Source of the DNA: Candidatus Aminicenantes bacterium UBA647
GTDB taxonomy: Bacteria; Acidobacteriota; Aminicenantia; UBA2199
Assembly (NCBI GenBank): GCA_002299555.1
Contig: DBOL01000107.1
Location: 1,310 to 65,309 of the forward strand
Direction of reading: 5' to 3'
DNA: 64,000 nucleotides
The notes under the pieces were generated by a model. That model did not search any database, was not told the origin of the DNA, and saw only the letters and a program-made list of their open reading frames with translations. Shown piece by piece: positions 45,941-53,843 of the stretch. How positions within the stretch are numbered: position 1 is the stretch's first letter; the number at the start of each line of letters is the position of its first letter. Made by a program: the position numbers and the translations under genes.

Positions 45941-48900
45941 ATGAACTGGTTTCGATTTAAAAGTATCCGGACAAAAATGACATTCTGGTTTTTCGTCATT
46001 GCATCAATACCATTAATAATCATATCGTTCACTTCTTATTCCCAGAGGGTTAATACAATAGAATTACAAACCTTTGAAAAACTTTCGGCAATTCGTGATC
46101 TCAAAGTTGAACAAGTTAAGGCCTGGGTAACTGAGAGGATAGGTGATACACAAACAATGTCAGGAGATTTCGAGATCCGGGGACTCAAATATTCATTAAA
46201 TAAAAGATCAAGATCTCCTGAAGATAAGAAAAAAATAGAGATTGCCACACAACTTTTGAAGAGAAACTTGAAGAATTTCTCTGATTATGAAGAAATATTT
46301 ATTGTAGGAGTTGAATCCGGAACAGTTGAGATATCAACAAACCGGGTTTCTATAGGAAAAAATAAATCCCGGGATCTGTATTATACAACTCCACTTCAAA
46401 CCGGAGAAGTATTCATAAAAGATATATATCGTTCAGTAACCGCTTCCCGCCCTCAAATGACGATCTCTATTCCGGTTTTCTCTCTGGAACATGAATCCGA
46501 TATTATAGGGATCCTTGTAGTCCGGATCGATCTTTCCAATTCACTTTATAAGTTATTACTTAACAGGGTCGGCCTGGGTGAGACCGGCGAGACATTGATC
46601 GTAAACAAAGATATTCTGGCATTGAACCAACTCCGTTGGTATGATAATGCCCCGCTGAATCTTCATATATCGGCAATACCTGCTATAAATGCATCACAGG
46701 GGAAAACAGGCGTTATCAATTCAAATGATTACAGAGATATAATGGTCTTGGCAGCCTACACTTTCATCCCGGAAACAGGCTGGGGATTTGTTTGCAAGCA
46801 GGATCTGTATGAATTAAATGAACCTATACGAGGAATGATCAGGGATTATATAATTACAGCTGTTATTTCATTTCTTATTTTATTTTTAATTTCACTCTTT
46901 GTCAGTGGGACCATATCAAAACCGATTTTAGAAGCAAAAAAAGTAACTTCAGGAATTATAGCTGGAGATCTTTCCCTTAGAAATGTTATCTCCAGTAGTG
47001 ATGAAATTGGCTCATTAGCATCTGCAATAAACGAAATGACTGAAACGATAGAATCACGGATCAATATTCAGGACGAGGTTGGAAAGATTAACACTTTAAT
47101 GGTCGGTCTTTCCTATATGAAGGAATTTGCTTCAGGACTGCTCGAACACTTAATGGGAACCACAAAAGCTAATATAGGGACATTTTATATTTTGAATGAG
47201 GTGACCTCTGAATATGAACATTTTGTTTCCGTTGGAGCAAGCAAAAAATTATTTAATCCCTTTAATGCTGATGAACCGGAAGGTGAATTCGGTTATCCGA
47301 TCACATATAAACAAATTTCGTATCTCCGGGATATTCCCGAAGAATCTATCTTCAAATTTCCTACAATAGCCGGGGACATAAAACCAAAAGAGATAATAAC
47401 CATCCCGATATTGATTGAGGATCAGGTCATTGCTCTAATCTCTCTTGCAAATATCCATAGATTCGATAAAATCAGTTATGATATTCTGAAAGAATCATGG
47501 ATGAATATCAATTCATCTTATTCAAGTATACTTGTAAATCAAAGGACACAGATCCTGGCAGAAAATCTATCAAGGACCAACCAGCAGCTTGAAGCTCAGG
47601 CGGAAGAATTACAGGAGCAGACTGAGGAGATGCAGTCTCAAGCAGAAGAGTTGCATATAACTACTAAAGAATTACATGAACAAAATCTGGAACTTGATAT
47701 GCAGAAAAATGAGGTCGAGGAAGCAAACAGGTTAAAGAGTCAATTTCTCTCAAATATGAGTCATGAATTGAGGACCCCCCTTAATTCGATCATGGCCCTT
47801 TCGCACGTACTGATCCAGCAGGCAGGAGAAAAATTGAGCGAAGAGGAAAATAGTTACCTTGAGATTGTTGAGCGTAACGGCAAGATACTCTTAACTCTTA
47901 TTAATGATATTCTCGATCTGTCAAAGATCGAAGCGGGAAAGATAGATATAAAACCGGCCTTTATTTCTCTTAGAGAGCTCCTGGAAAGTGACATAGAAAA
48001 TTTATCTCCTCTAGCAGAGAAAAAAGATCTGACCATAAATCTTCTTATCCCGGATGACTTGCCGGAAGTTGAGACTGATAGAGACAAATATTCTCAGGTA
48101 TTACTGAATATTATCGGTAATTCAATTAAATTTACAGAAAAAGGTGAAGTGAATATTAGAGCAAGCCATGATCCTTTATACGTTTATATCGATATAGAAG
48201 ATACTGGAATAGGTATTTCAGAAGAGAATCTTCAAATTATATTTGAAGAATTCAGGCAGGTTGACGGATCTTCAAAAAGGAATTATGAAGGGACAGGATT
48301 GGGTCTTGCAATTTCCTCAAAATTGATGAAATTACTTGGCGGAACAATTTCTGTAAAAAGTGAGGCTGGAAAAGGTTCCATATTCACTTTAGCATTACCG
48401 ATAAAGTGGCAGGGTGAATCAATGGCCGGGAAAGGAGACTCGTTATTGACCTATGATGATCCTGATAAAACAGGAAATATCTCCGGATCCGTAAAAGATT
48501 TCAGAGAAATATCCGGTCAACGCATTCTGATTGTTGAAGACAATGAGATTGCGATCCTTCAAGTAAAGAAAATGCTGGAAAGTGAAGGATATCTGGTCGA
48601 TGTTGCAGTCGGAGGAGCACAGGCACTAGAGTATATGGAACACTCAATTCCGGACGGAATAATTATGGATCTGATGATGCCGGGGATAGATGGATTTGAA
48701 GTGCTGGAAAAGATCAGAAGCAAAAAGAGCACAAAAAATATACCTGTTTTGATACTCACGGCCAAAGATCTCAACAAGAAAGATCTGGCAAAACTAAGTT
48801 CAAATAATATTCATCACCTGATCAATAAAGGCGATGTGGATAGAGATGAGTTCCTATCGAAAATAGCGATAATGCTGAATATAAATGATAAAAGAGCAGA

Positions 48901-49342
48901 TAAAACTGAAAAAAAAGTAAATAAAGTTAAAAATGTTGTCACAAAAGGAAGAAGCAATATGATCATTTCTAAAACTCCGGGACTGCCAACAATCCTGATC
49001 ATTGAAGACAATCCTGACAATATGGTAACTATCAATGCAATTTTGAAAAACAATTACAATACTCTGGAAGCTTATGATGGGGAAGAGGGATTAGTTCTTG
49101 TCAATTCTCAAAACCCTGACCTTATATTACTGGATATATCATTGCCGGGAATGGATGGTATAGAAGTTTTGAGTTCATTAAAGAGTTCTGTGGAAACTTC
49201 AGGGATCCCGGTTATCGCAATAACAGCACGTGTTATGCAGGAAGATCTGGAATTATTATCCGAGTCAGGGTTTAATGATTTTATTTCAAAACCGGTAGAT
49301 CCGGATGAAGTTTTAAAAAAGCTGAAAATATGGATAAAATAA
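45941..49342 (+). CDS. Large hybrid sensor histidine kinase (Cache-like periplasmic domain, HAMP, GAF-like, Q/E-rich coiled coil, HisKA, HATPase_c, 2x REC)
   Basis: 1133 aa. Two TM segments flank a ~290-aa extracytoplasmic region. HAMP: SKPILEAKKVTSGIIAGDL...EIGSLASAINEMT. Repeated AEELQEQTEEMQSQAEEL coiled coil. H-box SHELRTPLNSI. G-boxes DTGIGIS and GTGLGLA. Receivers ILIVEDNEIA...DLMMPGIDG and ILIIEDNPDN...DISLPGMDG. Confidence 0.9.
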   Translation: MNWFRFKSIRTKMTFWFFVIASIPLIIISFTSYSQRVNTIELQTFEKLSAIRDLKVEQVKAWVTERIGDTQTMSGDFEIRGLKYSLNKRSRSPEDKKKIEIATQLLKRNLKNFSDYEEIFIVGVESGTVEISTNRVSIGKNKSRDLYYTTPLQTGEVFIKDIYRSVTASRPQMTISIPVFSLEHESDIIGILVVRIDLSNSLYKLLLNRVGLGETGETLIVNKDILALNQLRWYDNAPLNLHISAIPAINASQGKTGVINSNDYRDIMVLAAYTFIPETGWGFVCKQDLYELNEPIRGMIRDYIITAVISFLILFLISLFVSGTISKPILEAKKVTSGIIAGDLSLRNVISSSDEIGSLASAINEMTETIESRINIQDEVGKINTLMVGLSYMKEFASGLLEHLMGTTKANIGTFYILNEVTSEYEHFVSVGASKKLFNPFNADEPEGEFGYPITYKQISYLRDIPEESIFKFPTIAGDIKPKEIITIPILIEDQVIALISLANIHRFDKISYDILKESWMNINSSYSSILVNQRTQILAENLSRTNQQLEAQAEELQEQTEEMQSQAEELHITTKELHEQNLELDMQKNEVEEANRLKSQFLSNMSHELRTPLNSIMALSHVLIQQAGEKLSEEENSYLEIVERNGKILLTLINDILDLSKIEAGKIDIKPAFISLRELLESDIENLSPLAEKKDLTINLLIPDDLPEVETDRDKYSQVLLNIIGNSIKFTEKGEVNIRASHDPLYVYIDIEDTGIGISEENLQIIFEEFRQVDGSSKRNYEGTGLGLAISSKLMKLLGGTISVKSEAGKGSIFTLALPIKWQGESMAGKGDSLLTYDDPDKTGNISGSVKDFREISGQRILIVEDNEIAILQVKKMLESEGYLVDVAVGGAQALEYMEHSIPDGIIMDLMMPGIDGFEVLEKIRSKKSTKNIPVLILTAKDLNKKDLAKLSSNNIHHLINKGDVDRDEFLSKIAIMLNINDKRADKTEKKVNKVKNVVTKGRSNMIISKTPGLPTILIIEDNPDNMVTINAILKNNYNTLEAYDGEEGLVLVNSQNPDLILLDISLPGMDGIEVLSSLKSSVETSGIPVIAITARVMQEDLELLSESGFNDFISKPVDPDEVLKKLKIWIK

Positions 49343-49383
49343 AAAAGAAAATATGAATATCGATGAGCTTACAAGGAGGCTAG

Positions 49384-49920
49384 ATGAGTAAAATCTTAAT
49401 AATTGATGACATTAAGGATAACCTTATTTCTATTAAAGCATTGCTATTGAACTTGAGACCCGAAACAGAGGTACTTACAGCTCAATCGGGGACTGCAGGG
49501 ATCGAGATAGCAAAAAAAGAGAGCCCCGATACTATCCTTCTCGATATTATAATGCCGAAGATGGATGGCTATGAAGTTTGTAAGTTACTCAAAGAGGATG
49601 AAGTTACTGCAAATATTCCGGTAATAATGCTAACTGCCGTTAACACCGATATACAGAGCAAGATAAAAGGGTTGGAAGTAGGTGCAGATGCCTTTTTCTC
49701 GAAACCCATGGACCCTGAAGAACTTTCCGCCCAGATCAGTGTTATGCTGAGAATTAAGAAAGCTGAGGACAAACTCAGACACGATAAAAAAGAACTCGAG
49801 GTGAAGAATAAAGATCTGGAACGTTTCTTTAACGCAACAATAGAACGGGAATTCAGGATCAAAGAGTTAAATGATCAAATAGATGTATTAAATGCTAAGA
49901 TCAAAGAATTGGAGAAATAG
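49384..49920 (+). CDS. Response regulator: receiver domain + C-terminal coiled coil, no recognised output domain
   Basis: 178 aa. ILIIDDIKDN...LLDIIMPKMDG...MLTA...KP is the REC fold. The tail is LEVKNKDLERFFNATIEREFRIKELNDQIDVLNAKIKELEK. Confidence 0.85.
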   Translation: MSKILIIDDIKDNLISIKALLLNLRPETEVLTAQSGTAGIEIAKKESPDTILLDIIMPKMDGYEVCKLLKEDEVTANIPVIMLTAVNTDIQSKIKGLEVGADAFFSKPMDPEELSAQISVMLRIKKAEDKLRHDKKELEVKNKDLERFFNATIEREFRIKELNDQIDVLNAKIKELEK

Positions 49921-50079
49921 TTAAGATTCAAATCTTAGTTTTATGACCTGCCCCCCGAAACCACTGGCCAGGAATACAAGAAGCAAAGAAAAAATAGTCA
50001 ATGACTTTTTGACCATTATATAAATTAGTACGAAATAATAGATCATTTGCTTTTCTTCAAAAGGAAATCAAAATAGAAA

Positions 50080-50108
50080 TTGACTAATTCTCCTGTTTTT
50101 CTTAATAT
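50080..50108 (+). promoter_or_regulatory. Putative sigma-70 promoter for the rdhA operon
   Basis: TTGACT, a 17-nt spacer, then TAATAT, ending about 100 nt upstream of ATG 50207. Confidence 0.35.
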
Positions 50109-50206
50109 AATATATGTCTTGTTGGAATCACTTTTTTTGTTTTTTTATCAATAATAAAAAGATTTGTTACCAGTTAATCTTAAATTTCGAACAATAGGAG
50201 ACAGTT

Positions 50207-51622
50207 ATGGACAGAAGGAAGTTCTTGAAGGCGTCAGGTGTAGCAGGTGCTGTCGTTGGAGGTGCCGGTTTAGGGTTTTTCGGATACGAAGCAGGGAGAG
50301 ACCCGGACAGCTATACAGGATGGAAAAACCGTGAAGGTGGATTCCAAACTTTCAACAGGATCAAATGGGCCGTTGATAAACCGACATATGAAAAATTGGG
50401 GCCTTCCCGAAGAGTTGATGCAAGGACCGAAGTCGTATTTTCAAGAATGGGCCCGTTATTCAGGAACTGGAAAGAAGAGGAAGGGACAAAAAGCCTCCCG
50501 GAATATCTGAAGAAATATTATGATGCAAACCCTGAAATTCTTGAACTTGACCTTAAAGTGAAAAATGAATTATTCCCGAAATTACGAAAGGACAGGGACA
50601 AGTACGGTGATAAGTTCATTCTTGCTGAAGCGTGGTCGGATGCAATGGGCGCTGTATGGCCTGAACATTCAAAAGAACCTCCTGAGATAGCTGACTTCCC
50701 CGAGAGAAAAGACAGGAAACAATTGAAAATGAAAAGTCCGGAAAAAACGTCAAAATTGATAAAAAAGATAGCACACCAGTTTGGTTCCACTCTTGTCGGA
50801 ATAACAAAATTGAATCCCGACTGGGTCTATTCTCATCCGATGAGAAGGAGAGGGCTGGATACAGATAAACCTTTTGAAGTTCCTAAGCACTGGCAGTATG
50901 CGATCGTTGTCGGTGTTCCGATGTCCTGGGATCCGATGTTTGCAAACCCGAACTACGGGACATCCCATGATGCATATGCCATATCAAGGATAATTTCGGT
51001 CCGCCTCTCCACTTTCATTAAACAATTAGGATATGCCGCCAGGCCCCACACACCGGGAACAGAATATGATCTTATGGTCCCGCCCATATTAGTTGATGCA
51101 GGGATCGGGGAACAGGGCAGACACTCAATTGTAGTAACTCCTGAACTTGGCAGTAATTTCAGACCTGCAATTATTACAACGAACATCCCTTTAAAGCCTG
51201 ACAAGCCTATTGATTTCGGAGTACAGGATTTTTGTAAAAGCTGCAAAGTATGTGCTGAACAATGCCCGAGCGGATCTATTACAAAAGGTGACAAAGTGGA
51301 GATCAGAGGATATAAAAGATATCCTTTCAGCCCTGCAAGCTGTCACAATTTCTGGTACTCAAAACTGGGCAATATGGGTTGCAGAATATGTATTTCGGTC
51401 TGCCCGTATACCCGGAAAGCAAACTGGGTTCACAAAGCTGCATTTAATGTTTCGGCCTATGACCCAACCGGTCTGGCCGATAAAGCTCTGACAGCAATGC
51501 AGAAGATATTTTATCCCGGACCAGATCCACAGGACTATTTTATACCTTCCCTGGGCGGGAAGAATGCATCTTACAGAAAGCCGCCATGGTGGCTCAAAAC
51601 TGAAGACTTTATAGATCTTTGA
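50207..51622 (+). CDS. rdhA: Reductive dehalogenase-like protein (RdhA homologue), Tat-exported, corrinoid/2x[4Fe-4S] type
   Basis: 471 aa. Tat motif MDRRKFLKASGVAGAVVGGAG. Central blocks VGITKLNPDWVYSH, AIVVGVPMSWD and VDAGIGEQGRHSIVVTPELGSNFRPAIITTNIPLKPDKPIDFGVQDFC. Fe-S motifs CKSCKVCAEQCP and C-x12-CRICISVCP, the characteristic RdhA pair. Confidence 0.8.
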   Translation: MDRRKFLKASGVAGAVVGGAGLGFFGYEAGRDPDSYTGWKNREGGFQTFNRIKWAVDKPTYEKLGPSRRVDARTEVVFSRMGPLFRNWKEEEGTKSLPEYLKKYYDANPEILELDLKVKNELFPKLRKDRDKYGDKFILAEAWSDAMGAVWPEHSKEPPEIADFPERKDRKQLKMKSPEKTSKLIKKIAHQFGSTLVGITKLNPDWVYSHPMRRRGLDTDKPFEVPKHWQYAIVVGVPMSWDPMFANPNYGTSHDAYAISRIISVRLSTFIKQLGYAARPHTPGTEYDLMVPPILVDAGIGEQGRHSIVVTPELGSNFRPAIITTNIPLKPDKPIDFGVQDFCKSCKVCAEQCPSGSITKGDKVEIRGYKRYPFSPASCHNFWYSKLGNMGCRICISVCPYTRKANWVHKAAFNVSAYDPTGLADKALTAMQKIFYPGPDPQDYFIPSLGGKNASYRKPPWWLKTEDFIDL

Positions 51623-51633
51623 GGAGGTATTCC

Positions 51634-51921
51634 ATGTCATTTTTTACAAGCGGTTTATTCTGGTTTATTCAGGGTATTTTAACAACGGTTATAATAATGG
51701 CTTTCAGAGCCTGGATGGAAGACCGGAATGTAATAATGTTCTGGTGGAAGTGGTTCCTGTTCGGAATATGGATCATCCTGGCTGGATTCACTATCGCATT
51801 CATATTTACCAGTCTCGGTGAAGGAGAATCCGTTGCAGCTATAAAAGGGGGAATTATATTCTCTCTTATTACAACCATCTCAGGTGTCGGTATATGGAGA
51901 TTGATAAACAAAAAGAATTAA
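51634..51921 (+). CDS. rdhB: RdhB-like small membrane anchor (3 predicted TM helices)
   Basis: ORF from TTG 51619; ATG 51634 follows GAGGAGG. About 95 aa with three hydrophobic helices. The TM2-TM3 linker/tail SLGEGESVAAIKGGIIFSLITTISGVGIWRLINK resembles PceB ...FSEREYQAIGMGFIFFGG...ITYRLANH as I recall it. It lies immediately 3' of rdhA. Confidence 0.65.
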   Translation: MSFFTSGLFWFIQGILTTVIIMAFRAWMEDRNVIMFWWKWFLFGIWIILAGFTIAFIFTSLGEGESVAAIKGGIIFSLITTISGVGIWRLINKKN

Positions 51922-51979
51922 TATTATATATTAATATATTGAAGGAAGAATTCAACTTAGAACAGAAGAGGAGAGAGAA

Positions 51980-53824
51980 ATGATATCAAAAGAAGCAGCA
52001 GGAATTGCAGCGCAATGCAGACATTATGCCATGTGCAAGATCGATTTTTTGCAAACCGGGTTATGCCCTCCGGGGGAAAACAATCATTATGTAAGTTATT
52101 ATCCACAGGGAAGGATGGATCTGTACGATGCTCTGGCAAAGGGACTTATCCCTGTAACCGAAAGACTTGTAGATATTGCAGATACCTGCACTTTGTGTGG
52201 AATATGCGATAAACAATGCCACTTCGTAACCGAACTCAGGCCAATGAAAGTAATGAGAGCACTTAAGGAATACGTTGACTCCCATCTGGCAGAGAATAAA
52301 AAAGTAGTTAAAATAGAGGAAGACGATATTCTCCGGCAATTTAAAAAAATTGTAGGCGAAAAAAATGCCACGAACGACCCCGCAATTCTTGTTACATATT
52401 CAAATGACCCGGCTCCCATGGCAAAACCACAAATGCCTCAATATATAGTACTCCCGTCAAATAGAGATGAAGTAAAAGATATTGTATCTATATGCAATAA
52501 ATTTAAGATCCCTTTTGCAGTGAGAGGGAACGGAAGCAGTGTATTCGGGATCGTAATGAGTGAAGGTGTTGTTCTTGATATGGGGAGAGATAAAGAGATC
52601 ACAATTGATCGGGATAACTGGAAAGTTAATACAGGTGCCGGAGTATCGGCATTTGATCTTCAACAGGAAGCTGAGAAGAACGGCTTCAGAGTGAACTCAG
52701 CAGAACCATCTGCTATAGTGTGCTCCAATATAATGTGTTCAGGTATATTATCCACATTTTCGAACACTTACGGGACCGGAGCAGACAACTATGTGGATGC
52801 AGAATTTGTCAGTAATAAGGGGGAAGCATTTGACCTGAATGACAAGATCGGCCCGAATCTCTTCGGCTTTGACAAACAGGGTTCCCCTTCTCCGGGGATC
52901 TGTACCGGAGCATCCATAAAACTACACAAAGTTACCGAAGATGAGGAGGGTATCGGGATCCCTTTTTCTTCATTCGATGAAGCTGCGATCTTCTGTAGAG
53001 ATCTCAGCCACAGAAGGATCGGTATCTCTATTGCAATGCTTGGTGGAGAATATATTTCCACATTTATTTCTCCTACATCCGATCTTGCAGAGAAAGTAAA
53101 AACACTCTTTATAGAAACGTTGGGAATCAAATTTCTGGTGGTTGTGATCGGAGATAAATATGCTGTAGAAACAATAAAAAAAATGACCCCCGTTACGATA
53201 GATGACAAATTATTCCGATTAATGATGCTTAGCCTTCCCCAAATGGTAGAGGGTGAGTGGATAGAAATGCTGGGAGATATAGAGACAGATGTGAATCTAT
53301 TTGAACTATTTTGTAAAGAAGAGATGTATCCATTATTGGAGACAGTATTAGATCCCTCCCCGGAATCAATCGGAGCAATAGTTCCGGAAGACCTGAGAGA
53401 TTTTTATACTCAACTCTATTCACGACCGGAGATGACAAATTTGGCATGGTTAAGTACTTTCCGTATCCTGAGTTCCCGCATGGGAAGATTCAAACATGTT
53501 GTTGCTTTTATCGGATATGCTCCTCTGGACAAGTTGGAAGTTATAAAACAAATGATCGGGGAATTCAAAAGAATTGGAGACAAATACGAGCTTAAACATG
53601 ATTATGGTTTCATAACACCTGTTGATCTGGGAAAACGCGCTATCCTGGAATATGATTTCTATATCGATCATACAGATCCTGCAGAGATACAGCAGATGCT
53701 CAGAGCAATGGGTGAAGCAGGCCCGATGATCGGAGAATTAAGCCAGAAGCACAAAGGGATCCAATGGATCAATACTATCCTTTTTCAGGGATTCTCCCGT
53801 AAAGAAAATTTTTTATACCGATAA
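51980..53824 (+). CDS. Fusion oxidoreductase: N-terminal Cys-rich (Fe-S-type) module + FAD_binding_4 (PCMH-type) domain + uncharacterised C-terminal half
   Basis: 614 aa. Cys clusters CRHYAMCKIDFLQTGLCP and CTLCGICDKQCHF. FAD-binding block PQYIVLPSNRDEVKDIVSICNKFKIPFAVRGNGSSVFG. I did not recognise the last ~300 aa as the usual FAD-oxidase C domain. Confidence 0.65.
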   Translation: MISKEAAGIAAQCRHYAMCKIDFLQTGLCPPGENNHYVSYYPQGRMDLYDALAKGLIPVTERLVDIADTCTLCGICDKQCHFVTELRPMKVMRALKEYVDSHLAENKKVVKIEEDDILRQFKKIVGEKNATNDPAILVTYSNDPAPMAKPQMPQYIVLPSNRDEVKDIVSICNKFKIPFAVRGNGSSVFGIVMSEGVVLDMGRDKEITIDRDNWKVNTGAGVSAFDLQQEAEKNGFRVNSAEPSAIVCSNIMCSGILSTFSNTYGTGADNYVDAEFVSNKGEAFDLNDKIGPNLFGFDKQGSPSPGICTGASIKLHKVTEDEEGIGIPFSSFDEAAIFCRDLSHRRIGISIAMLGGEYISTFISPTSDLAEKVKTLFIETLGIKFLVVVIGDKYAVETIKKMTPVTIDDKLFRLMMLSLPQMVEGEWIEMLGDIETDVNLFELFCKEEMYPLLETVLDPSPESIGAIVPEDLRDFYTQLYSRPEMTNLAWLSTFRILSSRMGRFKHVVAFIGYAPLDKLEVIKQMIGEFKRIGDKYELKHDYGFITPVDLGKRAILEYDFYIDHTDPAEIQQMLRAMGEAGPMIGELSQKHKGIQWINTILFQGFSRKENFLYR

Positions 53825-53843
53825 CATGTAGCAGAAACGTGTA

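Noticed and set aside
50174-50187. TTAATcttaAATTT upstream of rdhA, checked as a possible CprK-type dehalobox (TTAAT-N4-ATTAA)
   Set aside because: The right half-site does not match ATTAA. No CRP/FNR-family regulator is encoded nearby, and such AT-rich near-matches are expected by chance.
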